DNA from: Eledone cirrhosa
Taxonomy: Eukaryota
Length of the DNA: 64,000 nucleotides
Assembly (NCBI GenBank): GCA_964016885.1
Contig: OZ024740.1
Span: 396,614,001-396,678,000 of the forward strand
Reading direction: 5' to 3'
Positions 40,979-53,570 of this stretch are shown here, in pieces; position 1 is the stretch's first letter, and each line of letters starts with the position of its first letter. The translations under genes and the position numbers were made by a program. The notes beneath the pieces are model-generated. The model did no database searches and was not told where the DNA came from. It saw nothing but the letters and a program-made list of their open reading frames with translations.

Positions 40979-41104
40979 TGAGGTTTTTTTTACAAAATGA
41001 AAAATAACCGAGGTGTCCTACACGAGTGAAAGTATAAAGAAAAAGAGATGAAATCGAAAATGCAACTGGAGTCTTATTTTTTAAATATATATATTTATTT
41101 GGTT

Positions 41105-41142
41105 CCTTTACCGGTTTCGCAGTTCTTCTGCTTTTCAAAAGG
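41105..41142 (-). ncRNA. Minimal type I hammerhead ribozyme, U3-A8 core variant (sense arm of element 2)
   Basis: Minus strand reads CCTT-TTGAAAA-GCAG.AAGAA.CTGC-GAAA-CCGGT-A-AAGG, followed by AATAAA. Confidence 0.8.
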
Positions 41143-41658
41143 TGAGTTGAGATGGAGGGTCTGTGGTTTTTCTCACATCTGGTTGGTCTCTGAATATTAC
41201 TTGTTTTATATGGAAAAAGTGGCTCGAAATGCCAGGTTTTTCGAGAAGTAATTTGATTGGTTTGTCAATAATTATAATAAATTTCGCGCCAGTTCGCGTT
41301 ACAATATTTCTTCAAATAAGAGGGGGGGGGGGGTTGTCGCAGGTTGTTTTTTCATATATGAGTGTTTGAATTTCTTTTTACTTGAAAAAAGGAGGCTCAC
41401 GAAGGCTTTTTTTTGGTTGGTTATAAATGAAATTATGGCTGTCACGTGAACAAATTTTCATTAAATTTTTGTGCCCTTATTTGGAAATCCATTCTGTAGC
41501 CTTTTTAGAGAATTTTTTGATAAGTGAAAGATAATGGTCAAGAGAAAGGGATGGGAGAATTGTTCTGGTTCAGTGAATATGGTTAGTTCGCTGGGGTGTC
41601 AGAATTCAGATTTTCTATTGAATAAAGAAAGTAAAGATATGTGTGTTTATTTGTGTGC

Positions 41659-41705
<47 letters not shown>

Positions 41706-42512
41706 AATTTCTTTACTTTAAAAAAAGGTGGCTCACGAATGCTTTTTTTTAATAAACATGATTTGATTGGTTATAAATGAAATTTGGCTGTCACGTGAAC
41801 AAGTTTTCATTACATTTTTGCGCCCTTATTTGGAAAACTATTCTGTAGTCTTTATAGCGAATGTTATGACAATGGAAAGATAGTGGTCAAGAGAAATGGG
41901 ATGGGAGAATTGTTCTGGTTCAGTGAATATGCTTAGTTCGCTGGGGTGTCAGAGTTCAGATTTTCTATTGAAGTGAAGATATGTATGTTTATTTGTGTGC
42001 TTGTGTATGTGTGTGTGTGTGTATGTGTGTATTGGAAGATGATTCTATTAGTAGAGATGGGGGAGAGAGTTGTGTGTGTGTGTATATGGGTGTTATGTGT
42101 GTGTGTGTGCGAGTATGTTAAGATGGAGAGAATATATATTTTGTGTGTGTGTATATATATGTGTGTAGGAAAGTGGTTCTATTAGTAGAAATGGGGAGGG
42201 AGTTGTGGGTGTGGGGGTTGTTATGTGTGTGTATGGGTGTTATGTGTGTGGGAGTATGGTTAGCATGTTAAGATGAAGAGAATATATATATATATATATA
42301 TTGTGTGTGTGTGTATGTGTGTGTGTAGGAAAGTGATTCCTTTAGTAGGAATATTTTTGAATGAACATATTTTCCTTACTTATTCGTGTTTGCTGTTGTA
42401 TTGTCAGTGCAAACGTATGTTAAGGTTTATTTAGTTCGGGTTTTTATTTTCTAAAGTAGAAGGTGTTATGTGTGTGTGTGTATGTCATATTATGGTGTTG
42501 ACATAATGTATA

Positions 42513-43780
42513 TTAAACCATATTTAATGTTGGTCTATATTTTTGAATAAACATATTTTCCTTATTTATTCGCATTTGTTCTGTTGTATTGTTAGCGCAA
42601 AGGTAAAATGGGAAGACTTGGAATTTGGGTGTCTTATTACTTGCGCAAATGTCTAGATGTGCACTTAGTGGTATCTGTCTCGTGGTTGGATCTCGTAATT
42701 GTTGGCGATGAACTGTCATTCTGTTTCTGAGTGTGAGTTTAGTTTGTCCTATATAATCTTCATTGCATCCTTTACATTTAATGGCATAAATTAAATTTTT
42801 TGATGAGCAAGTGAAGTGATTTTTTACAGTAAAATTTTGTCCTGATTTAAATGTCTATGTGTTGCCTTCAATGAGGTGAGTGCAGGTTCCACAATTAGAG
42901 CGACCACATTTTTTGATACTTGGTTGTGGGTTTGTGGTAGGTAATTTGGCATTGGTGAGTAATGTTTTCAGTGATTTTGGTTGTCTTTTGCTTTTGATTA
43001 TTTTGTGTGTTTCAAGGGCTTTTTTCATTCTTGGGTTTTGTTTTAGTAGTGGGATGTTATTGTGAATAGTGTTGTAAGCTTCCGCATTTCTTGGGTTGTG
43101 TGTTGAGATATATGATAGAATATTGGACGTACCTTGAATTTGTTTCTGTTTCCGTAATTCATCAATGCCTATTGCTTTAGCCCTTTCTATTCCATTATTT
43201 ATTAGTAATAGTGGGTACTCTCTCTCGAGTAGAATTTCCTTTAATTCTTGAAGTCTTTTATTTCGCGTTTCATAATTGGAGACAATTGTGCAAATTTTTC
43301 TTGCTAGGTTAAAAGGAATGTTCGTCTTCGTGTGCTTTGGATGGTTGGAGGTGAATAGCAGATATTGTTTGGAATCTGTTGGTTTGTAGTGTATGTCAGT
43401 TTCGATATTTGTGTCTTTTTTTAAGATTAAGATGTCCAGAAATGGGAGTTGATCTTGGCTGTATTCCATTGTGAATTGGATGTGGTTATTGATGCCGTTT
43501 ATTAAGTTTTTGAAATCCTTCAGTTGGTCGAGTGTGTGGGACCAAAGAATGAGGCAATCATCCAAGTAGCATTTCCAATTCTCTGATAAATATTTGTGGA
43601 AGTTCAATCCGTATTTTGATTTGGACTGTTCATATATCTGGACTTCTAAGTATGCCATGACTAAGTTGGCATAAGTTGGAGCGGCTTTTGTACCCATCGC
43701 AGTCCCCGATATTTGCTTGTAAGTATTGCCATCGAAATCAAAAAAGTTGTTCTGTAGGATGAATTTTAATCCCTGTAATG
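42513..43780 (-). pseudogene. Penelope RT, Cys-rich linker and GIY-YIG endonuclease; one in-frame TAG at 42855-42857
   Basis: YKQISGTAMGTKAAPTYANLVM, YLDD, LPFLDI, HYKPTDSKQYL, KKCGRSNCGTC, LIYAIKCKGCNEDYIGQT, RMTVHR. Confidence 0.92.
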
Positions 43781-44423
43781 AAAACTTGTTCACGTGACAG
43801 CCAAATTTCATTTATAACCAATCAAATCACGTTTATTAAAAAAAAGCCTTCGTGAGCCACCTTTTTTTAAAGTAAAGAAATTCAAACACACACACACACA
43901 CACACACGCACACACAAATAAACACACATATCTTTACTTTCTTTATTCAATAGAAAATCTGAATTCTGACACCCCAGCGAACTAACCATATTCACTGAAC
44001 CAGAACAATTCTCCCATCCCTTTCTCTTGACCATTATCTTTCACTTATCAAAAAATTCTCTAAAAAGGCTACAGAATGGATTTCCAAATAAGGGCACAAA
44101 AATTTAATGAAAATTTGTTCACGTGACAGTCATAATTTCATTTATAACCAACCAAAAAAAAGCCTTCGTGAGCCTCCTTTTTTCAAGTAAAAAGAAATTC
44201 ATACACTCATATATGAAAAAACAACCTGCGACAACCCCCCCCCCTCTTATTTGAAGAACTATTGTAACGCGAACTGGCGCGAAAATTATTATAATTATTG
44301 ACAAAACAATCAAATTACTTCTCGAAAAACCTGGCATTTCGAGCCACTTTTTCCATATAAAACAAGTAACATTCAGAGACCAACCAGATGTGAGAAAAAC
44401 CACAGACCCTCCATCTCAACTCA

Positions 44424-44461
44424 CCTTTTGAAAAGCAGAAGAACTGCGAAACCGGTAAAGG
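44424..44461 (+). ncRNA. Minimal type I hammerhead ribozyme, U3-A8 core variant (inverted arm of element 2)
   Basis: Stem I CCTT/AAGG, core TTGAAAA at 44428-44434, stem II GCAG/CTGC, GAAA at 44448-44451, palindrome ACCGGT, GUA triplet at 44455-44457. Confidence 0.8.
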
Positions 44462-44531
44462 AACCAAATAAATATATATATTTAAAAAAAAAAATAAGAC
44501 TCCAGTTGCATTTTCGATTTCATCTCTTTTT

Positions 44532-44601
<70 letters not shown>

Positions 44602-44608
<7 letters not shown>

Positions 44609-47332
44609 GCACCTCCCAACATAGACTGATAGTTAGCGACCTAATAGTCAGGACGAGGCGTACTAGACAACAGAAGAGGACTATCCTCAGGAGAAAAATA
44701 TGGAAGCTAAAGGACCCCACAGCCAGAAATAAATTCAAAAGTATACCACTTGATGCTTTCGACAGTAAGGAAGAGCAATTAGAGTCGTACAATATAGAGG
44801 AGCAGTGGGAATTCCTGAAAGCAAACCCGCTGATGGCGGCAGACGAAGTCTGTGGCTGGAGCAGGCCTGTAGGCAGGAGGAGAGTAACATGGTGGTGGAA
44901 CAGTAAGGTGGAGGGGTCAATTAAGGCCAAAAAGCAGGCTTGGAAAGTATGGCGGGATGGGGGAAGCAGAGAAGACTATCAAGTGGCCAGGAGGGAAGCT
45001 AGGAGACAAGTGTACTTCGCAAGAAGGGAAGCAGAGGAAAGAAAGTTCAAGCATGTTCTACAACGCGAGGACCAAAAACGTGAGGTGTTCAGGATTGCTA
45101 GGCAATGTGTCAAGGAAAACCGTGATATTGTCGGGGAGAAGTGTGTCCTTAATGATGACGGCGTACTTGCCATCACCGACGCTGATAAGAAGGTAGCTTG
45201 GAAGTGTCACTATGAAAGGCTACTAAATGAGGAGAATAAATGGGAGAAAGACAGTCTCCCCCACATCGACCCAATAGAGGGACCAGCAGTGTTAGTCGAG
45301 GGTAGTATAAGGCAATCAAAGATATGAAGACGGGTAAGGCAGCTGGGCCTTCGGAAATAGTTGCCGAGATGCTGAAGGCATCTGGTACGGTGGGACACAC
45401 CATGGTCACCCGGATAGTTAACCAAGTCGTACAGAATGTGGTTGTTCCGAAGGACTGGCGTAGCAGCATCATCGTTAACTGTTATAAGGGTAAAGGAGAT
45501 GCCCTAGATAGGAGTAACTATAGAGGCATTAAATTAATCGACCAGGTCATGAAGGTCACGGAAAAAGTAATAGCGCAACTAATCAGAGAGAGAATTGATC
45601 TAGATGAAATGCAGTTCGGGTTTGTGTCAGGCAAAAGTACCACAGACGCTCTTTTCATTGTACGACAACTACAGGAGAAGTACCTAGCTAAAAGTAAACC
45701 CCTATACTTAGCTTTTGTCGACTTGGAGAAAGCCTTCGACAGAGTCCCCCGTTCCATTATCTGGTGGGCTCTTAGAAAACTAGGTGTTGACGAATGGCTT
45801 GTGAGAGCTATACAAGCCATGTATAAAGAAACAGTCAGCAAGGTTAGAATTAACAACGAATATAGTGAAGAGTTTAGCGTAAAAGTTGGCGTCCATCAGG
45901 GCTCTGTTCTCAGCCCCCTACTATTTATTATTGCCCTTCAGGCTATAACAGAGGAGTTCAAGACCGGTTGCCCATGGGAACTCCTATACGCAGATGACCT
46001 AACACTCATAGCTGAATCAATGGCCGAGCTAGAGAAGAAATTCCAAACATGGAAGCACGGTCTAGAATCAAAAGGCCTTAAAATTAACCTGGCTAAGACT
46101 AAAGTTCTAGTTTGTAAGAAAGAAAATAAGGCGGCGGTCCCTTCCGGGAAGTGGCCATGCTCAGTGTGTAGGAAAGGTGTAGGTAGAAACTCCATTTTGT
46201 GTCCCAAATGCAAAGTATGGGTGCATAAAAGATGTAGTGGGATCACAGGTAAGCTAACTAAGAACATAGATTTTATATGTGGCCGGTGCTCTGGTGCAAT
46301 AAGTAGCAGCAAGTGCCCACAAATACTAGCTCTTTCAATTGCGCAGAGGGTTCTATAGAAATAGTGGACAGCTTCCGTTACCTGAGTGACAAAATCAGCA
46401 GTAGGGGAGGGTGCTCTAAAAGTACAGTAGCTAGAGTCAGAACTGGATGGAAAAAGTTCAGAGAGCTTATACCACTATTAGCCGCTAAAGGGTTCTCCCT
46501 AAAAATGAAAGGCAGGTTATATGATGCCTGCATACGAACAGCAATGCTGCATGGCAGTGAGACCTGGGCATTGTGTGCAGAGGATATACACAGACTAGAG
46601 AGGAACGAAGCTTGCGTGCTCCGCTGGATGTGTAATAGTAATATACGTGAACGGCTAAGCATAAACGAACTAAGGAAAAAATTAGAAATAAGAGGGATCA
46701 GATGTTGTTTACTCGAGAGAAGGCTACGTTGGTATGGTCACGTGATGCGCATGAAAGACGACAGCTGTATAACAAAGTGCAGGGCAATAAATATAGACGG
46801 TAGCCACGGAGTAGGCAGACCCAGAAAAACCTGGGACGACATGATAAATTCCGACCTCACACGCTTACACCTCTCCAAGACAATGTCACTGGACCGAGAC
46901 CTTTGGCGGTACTCAGTAATAGAGAAGACCCGCCTTACCTAAATACAAAGTAAAACCTACTACAGTCAGTAGGTATCTCTAACAAAACACCCCCCATCCC
47001 ACCACCCCCACCCCATCCACACCGCCCCTTTCAATGTAAAGTTATGTTGGTGCCACAACATCCAGGCCAAAACAAATGAGATCGTGTAGGTGTCACGACA
47101 AAAACACACAGTCCACGCTGTAATGTGGCCGTGTAGGCAACACGGTAAAAACCTCCCAGCCCCACACTGTAAATGTGGTTGGTGTTAGGAAGGGCATCCA
47201 GCTGTAGAAAACCCGCCAGACAGTCCTATGCGAGCAAGACAATCACTCTTGCCTCAAGTGGGAAAACCCCCGTCCAAACCCATGCAAGCGTGGAACACGG
47301 ACGTTAAACGTTGATGATGATGATGATGATGA
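44602..47332 (+). mobile_element. 5'-truncated RTE LINE, young, two frameshifts
   Basis: ORF pieces at about 44608-45320, 45324-46358 and 46313-46942: end of endonuclease, full RT (YADD), PHD-like finger, C-terminus, 3' UTR and (GAT)n tail. Confidence 0.95.
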
Positions 47333-47349
47333 TATATATATATATGATC

Positions 47350-47525
47350 ATCATCATTTTACGTCCGCTTTTTCCTTGCTTGCAAGGGTGGGACGGGAAC
47401 TGATTCTGGCTTGATTTCTACAGCTGGATGCCCTTCCTAACACCAACCTCATTTACAGTGAGTGCTGGGTGCCTTTTTGCCGTGGCACCTCCACGACCAC
47501 TTTGCAGTGGAATGATAGGGACCCC
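47350..47525 (-). mobile_element. SINE family A, 3' fragment
   Basis: Tail sequence, truncated at the hairpin loop. Confidence 0.75.
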
Positions 47526-48029
47526 TGCAGACAGCATATATATGTGTAGGTATGTATATTCTCTCTGATAGTTTGTAAAATTTTTACATAGATCTATATG
47601 ATATACATACCAACACACACATATATATCCTAGAAACGATCGTAAAATGATGAATTTTTTAATATAAGGAACTGTTTCTTTGTTTTTATTCATTATTTTT
47701 ATTAATTTATCTTGACTCTGTTTTCCTGTGTTTTTCATTGAAAAAATGTTGAATACATCTTCTCTTTTCATGATATTTGGATTACATTGAGTTCTTCATA
47801 CGGATTGGAAACTACCTTATATTTTGGTAGATTTATCTCTCTCTCTCTCTATATATATATACCAATGGCTGTAACTTTGAAGTGGTTGGTTATTGACCAC
47901 ATGCTTGGAAGTTCAAATAATACTACAGCTATAACTCTGCTTGCTTCAGTTTGCCCAAACAGCCAAAAACATGGGCTCTACTCTTAATTTCATGAAGCAT
48001 ATTGATATTATAATCATATATATATATAC

Positions 48030-48560
48030 CATACCGACATCACCATCCATCCCACTGGTTTATACCTAACTAGAATACTTTAATACTTTTCCAAATACAA
48101 TAATTGGGAGACTTCAATATATTCGTCATATCCTGCTTTTCAAATAGTATAAATAATCATAAGCGGTAACATAAGAACATTACAACTAAACTCCTGTTAC
48201 ATCCCATTAACTCATACCAACACACATACATCAAGTAAACTACAACAACTCTTTTCAAGATATCACCTTCTGTCTTACAAAAACTTAGCAAACATTCACT
48301 CAACTTTCCTCAAACCGTCTAGATGTTATCACAGCACACTCACACATCAACAAAGAAAGCAAACAGAATTTAAAAAAAAAGAAGCCAAATGAAACTGAAC
48401 CCTGTTTTCCGGTATTCAAACCGCAATCACCAACATTGACACTGCCTTACATACATTTAACAAAATATTTATAGACACATCCAAAAAACATATCCTTCTA
48501 GGCAACAAAAAAGAACAATCCTAATTACACATCATAAATAGCCAACCTCATAATAACCAA
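48030..48560 (+). mobile_element. Possible highly decayed LINE endonuclease region
   Basis: NTIIGDFN-like motif at about 48095-48118 and a PDITF-like remnant; weak. Confidence 0.35.
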
Positions 48561-49329
48561 AGATTGTGGCGGGAAACCATCACATGACCAAGGATAAAGA
48601 GGAGGCACATTTTACCAATGGAGGCAGTGTTCTGGTACAATATATCATCTCGGTTGGGACAGGCCGAGGAATTGGTGCCACACAGGGTGATATGGCGACA
48701 TCCACACATGTTATTACAATGACCCAGAGAGAGAGAGAGAGAGCACATGTTCATGTGGGTGAGCAAGGAAGTCTGGGTCAAGCCGCCAAATGTGCGTTGC
48801 ACATTAAAAAGTTAAGTTTAGCTAAACTGTACAAATTTTACTTAAAGGTAAAAATAACTGTTTCTACTTTTGGCAGAAGGCCAGCAATTATCCCAGTGTA
48901 TTACTGGTACTTTATTTTATCAACCCCGTAAGGATGAAAGGCAAAGTTAACCTAGGCGGGATTTGAACTCAGTCCATAAAGGGACGTAACTGTGCTGCAA
49001 AGCATGGTGTCCGACCCTCTACCGATACTGCCAATCCAACATCAACAGATATCTTTACACATGCTGCCATGAGTCATTGACTTCCTTTCATTGCCCAGAC
49101 TATTGTTCCTGTCTATTTTTTTTAAAATTAAATTTTACATTAAAATTAGTTCCTTGTTTGTTTCAAGTTATTTGAAATGGATTATCAACAGCAGGTCTCA
49201 AAGACATGAAAGCTTTAAATGTATTCTTGTCTTTTAGTATCAATGCATATTCCTTATTTCAGCAGTTTAGTGACCTTATATCAAAATGCAGTTCCACAAA
49301 AGGTGTAATCCATATTCTTAAAGAGCATC

Positions 49330-51080
49330 TCATCATTGTTAGTAGTCCAATATTTTGCAAAAAGCAAACATTATCTTATGCTTTATATAAACTTGTGAAA
49401 TGTGTATTCAGTCACTTTTTACAGGAAGGAATTGTAACACCACTGGATTCTTCTGACTGGGCAACTCCTATTGTCACACCATTAAAAAATATTGCAGTCA
49501 CTCCGTGAGTGTGAAGCATTTCCCATACAACATTATGTAGGCATTTGCTCCAATGTACTATTGGGATACTAGAAGATTTTTTACATTGAAAGTATCATTT
49601 CATATTGAGAAATATGTGAAAAAATCAATCTATAGAAGGGCTTCTTATAAATTCTATTAGACAAGAAATCTAGTTTGTTGACCATTCAGATTGTTTTGGA
49701 ATAACATCTTACATACTGGATTATCTGTTTCTTCCATAATATTCCAATCTACCACCAATTTCATTATTGGTAAACTACCTTGTGTTGATGCTTACCAAGA
49801 TAATACACTTATTCATGCAATTGATAAGTCAACTTACGATAAATATTTGCTATAATTAATGTTTTCAAGAGTCAATTCTATATTTTGCTAATTCATTGCT
49901 TGAATTATGTTGTTAGTTCTAATGGCAACAAACCAGATACCAATCGATTGTAAGTTGTAATGAATTCTCCATCCCTTACTGACTTTAGCAGCTTGTGTTC
50001 CATGATTGGTGCTATACAGTTCTATTCCTGATTCATTCCAAAAATCAAATGATCAATGATATAAGATTTCACTTCAAAGTTTGTTGACCTTCCTGCTTTT
50101 CTCTGTAGTTATCCACTACAAAGGAAATCAATATTCGTTTCTGGCCTGTGGATCTCCAGCTGTTTGTCTAAAGCAGAACAAATTTATTCATAAATTGTCT
50201 TAGAGGCTAGTTGTTTATTGGGCTGTTAACTCTTTAGCTTTTAAGCCAGCTGTATCTGGCCAAAATTCTCTCGCCTCTTTCTGTCCAAACCGGCCATAAC
50301 CATCCACTCTTAAATAAATGATATCAAAATCTCATAGATTCAATATTATTTGAGATAAAGCCTATACCACGAAAATACAATGGTATATATAGAGTAATGT
50401 AAATGATAAAGGGTTAAACATTTGCATAAGTATTTATTCAATAGACGTTTCCTTATTGTAATGGAGCATAAAGCACTTCAATTTATCTATAGCCCTGAAG
50501 AATAAACTTAATATGTGATACATGACTTTATTTTAGATACACAATTCAATCCCTCAAATGTAGTAAGCAGAGATCATATTAATGTAAATTGCCTAACTAT
50601 TTCTCTATGTTTGAAGATATTTTGGTTACTCCAGACAGTGTTCTGTGTTATCATGATCACATTATCTTTCCCTTTACATTACAAAAAGCAAACTAAAATA
50701 AAGAAGCCCAACTCCTCCCACCAAAAACTCTGTAATACAAGATCTATATTCGTCCTGCATCAGATACTGTTTTGTGGCCTGAGCTTGACACTGATCTCAT
50801 TTAATTTGCCCCAAAATATGATCAGTGTGCTTGTAAAAAATTCACAATTTTGTTTCAAAATGGACTCTTTGGCTATTATCCCTAGTTGTTTGACAGTGTG
50901 TGTATACAGACGATTGTGGTCCTTTTATTGGCAAATATTAATCCTTATTGATTCATTCTCCAATTGGTCAGATGTAAATTTCACAACTTCATTGACAACT
51001 AATTTCACTATTAAGACCCAATGACAAACGTTCTGCCAAGGAGATATTCCAATGGTGTTAGTAACTGATAAATAATAAAC
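49330..51080 (+). mobile_element. Highly decayed Ty3/Gypsy pol remnant
   Basis: QEGIVTPLDSSDWATPIVTPLK (RT start), AYQDN.LI (YxDD-like), HKYLFNRRFL (RNase H-like), GPF..LILIDSFSNW.DV (integrase). Interrupted by a MITE. Confidence 0.7.
50226..50417. mobile_element. piggyBac-like MITE, family 1
   Basis: TTAA-CTCTTTAGC ... AAATGATAAAGGG-TTAA. Confidence 0.7.
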
Positions 51081-51994
51081 ATATTTTACTGATTCGATTT
51101 TTGTATTGTTAAGTGACTAAATGATACTGGAGGGTAACATCTACAGTCCAAAAGCCAAGTAGAAAGCTGTATTAATTCCTTCAAGTCCACAATCAGCTTT
51201 ATGTAACCAACAACCTTTCAAGAACATCTCCAATGTGTTTCTTTTACACAAATGAGGCTTCTGGCATTCAATTATGAAGGAAAGTTCAGCAATTTTATTT
51301 AAAAAGCGAGTCCAACAATCCAACATGCAATATTTTTATTCTCCAAAAGTACTATTCTTCTGAGGAATATGGTAACAACCCTAGCCATGGCATTGTGCTG
51401 AAACCTCACATGATTGAGATTCTAGACATAAGTGACAATTCCTGTATCATAATCAGCATGATGATAAGGTCAAATTTCACGTCAATGCAAAAACTTCCAA
51501 AACACAAAACAAAATATCTTTATTCTAAACTGAACAACTATTCAGGAATTCTGAAAAACAGTTATCCAACAAATATTTTACTCAACTAATGAAACAAGTA
51601 TTATTCCAAATGATACAACTACTAGTGGTTCCACTCCTTTGAGAAACAAAAATGAAAGTAATTCTATAGGCATAAGTATAACAGAAAGCACATAGCAATT
51701 AGTTATCTATTAGTATCACTAGGATTAATTTTCATCTGTCCATATGAACTTATATGATCTCATGCTTCTCATTTTTCCCTGTGTAACTTCACATAAATAT
51801 GTACTCTCTTACACAACAGTTGCCTTTGCCTGCTTGAACTCACACTATTCTATTATTCCAGCATGTTTTGTTTGTAATTGGGCATTACAAGTTCAATATA
51901 ATATAATTATATTAACTACAAATTCAAAACATACATTAAAAATTCTGATCGCTATATATATATATTTAAAACATGCTCATAAATATATATATAT

Positions 51995-52350
51995 CATCAT
52001 CATCATCATCATTTTATGTCCGCTTTTCCCTGCTTGCAAGGGTTGGACGGGTCCTATTCAGCACAGCATCTCTCCACTTATCACGGTCCTTCATCATCTC
52101 CTCAGTGAGTTTCAGCGATCTGAGGTCTGCTCTCACCACCTCCGCCCATGTTTTTTGTGGTCTACCTCTACTGCGTCTTCCCTCCACTCGACTTCCTGGC
52201 ACTTCTTCACCCAGCGGTCATCCTCAATGCACATCACATGTCCCTACCATCTCAGCCTTCTCTCCTGCACACCACAACTTATCCCTCTTATACCCAGTTT
52301 CTTTCTCAACTTGTCTATACTTGGTCGTTCACGCACATTGACATTGCACA
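51995..52350 (-). mobile_element. RTE LINE 3' fragment
   Basis: LRKKLGIRGISCGVQERRLRW and GRPQKTWAEVV motifs; (GAT)n tail. Confidence 0.85.
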
Positions 52351-52480
52351 TATATATGTTAGTTAAGTGTGTAGCAACAGTTTCAGGCGGCATGCTGTTT
52401 GAAGCACTCAATGCTGTTATGAGGTTCGTATTGTTTGGGTTGTATTCCAATGTTACGGCTGTAGTGTGTAGAGTGTAAAT

Positions 52481-52780
52481 AGATTTAAAAGAGTTGAAGT
52501 CAGTGCTGCAGTATAGGTACAAACTTTATTTGCATATTATAATTGTTTCGATATCGATCAGCTCAGGGTACAGTCAAGTTGACGGGGCCCCGACTCCTGT
52601 TCAACACCTCATGAGATATGCGAGCTTATATGTGCACAGACACATCTAAATGAGAGATGTTAAAAAAGAGTCGGGCTCCATCAGCTTCATTGTACCCTCA
52701 GCTAATCGATATCGAAACAATTGTAATATGCAAATATAGTTTGTACATATGCTGCATCACTGATTTCGGCTCTTAAATCT
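52481..52780. repeat. About 300-bp imperfect palindrome (foldback)
   Basis: Arms at about 52481-52610 and 52652-52780 are reverse complements, roughly 80% by eye. Confidence 0.85.
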
Positions 52781-52835
52781 CTCTCTCTCTCTATATATAT
52801 ATATATTATATATATATATACACACACATATATAT

Positions 52836-52902
<67 letters not shown>

Positions 52903-52907
52903 CATAT

Positions 52908-52940
<33 letters not shown>

Positions 52941-52973
52941 CATATACACACACACACACATACATATATATAT

Positions 52974-53010
<37 letters not shown>

Positions 53011-53115
53011 TACACATATATACACACACACATATACACACACATACACCCACCCACACACACATATATACACACATACACACACACACACCTACACACA
53101 CACATATACACACAT

Positions 53116-53151
<36 letters not shown>

Positions 53152-53570
53152 GGAGGCACATGGCTTAGTGGTTAGAGCATTGGCCTGGCAATCAAAAGGT
53201 TGTGAGTTCAATTCTCAGACCGGGTGATGTGTTGCTTCCTTGAGCAAGACACTTTATTTCACATTGCTTCAGTTTACTCAGCTGTAGAAATGAGATGCTT
53301 TTTTGGGTGCTTTTTTTGCTGGGTGCTTTTTTGCCGTGGCACCTCCACGACCACTTTACAGTGGAATGATAGGGACCCCAGTCCCTATCATTCCACTGCA
53401 AAGTGGTCGTGGAGGTGCCACGGCAAAAAAGCACCCAGCACTCACTGTAAATGAGGTTGGTGTTAGGAAGGGCATCCAGCTGTAGAAATCAAGCCAGAAT
53501 CAGTTCCCGCCCCACCCTTGCAAGCAGGGAAAAAGCGGACGTAAAAACGAAACGAATGAATGAAATGAAT
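53152..53570 (+). mobile_element. SINE family A with an extended 122-nt internal hairpin
   Basis: Head, core and tail as in 38883; inverted repeat at 53318-53439. Confidence 0.88.

Noticed and set aside
42855-42857. In-frame stop in the Penelope ORF as programmed recoding
   Set aside because: The codon is TAG rather than TGA, in a truncated copy, so a nonsense mutation is the simpler explanation.
47632-47650. GAAACGATCGTA, a hammerhead-like 3' half
   Set aside because: No upstream CUGANGA or UUGANAA core and no stem II; at most a remnant.
52700-52730. GAAACAATTGTA within the foldback as a possible hammerhead
   Set aside because: The upstream sequence gives no valid core or stem II geometry on either arm.
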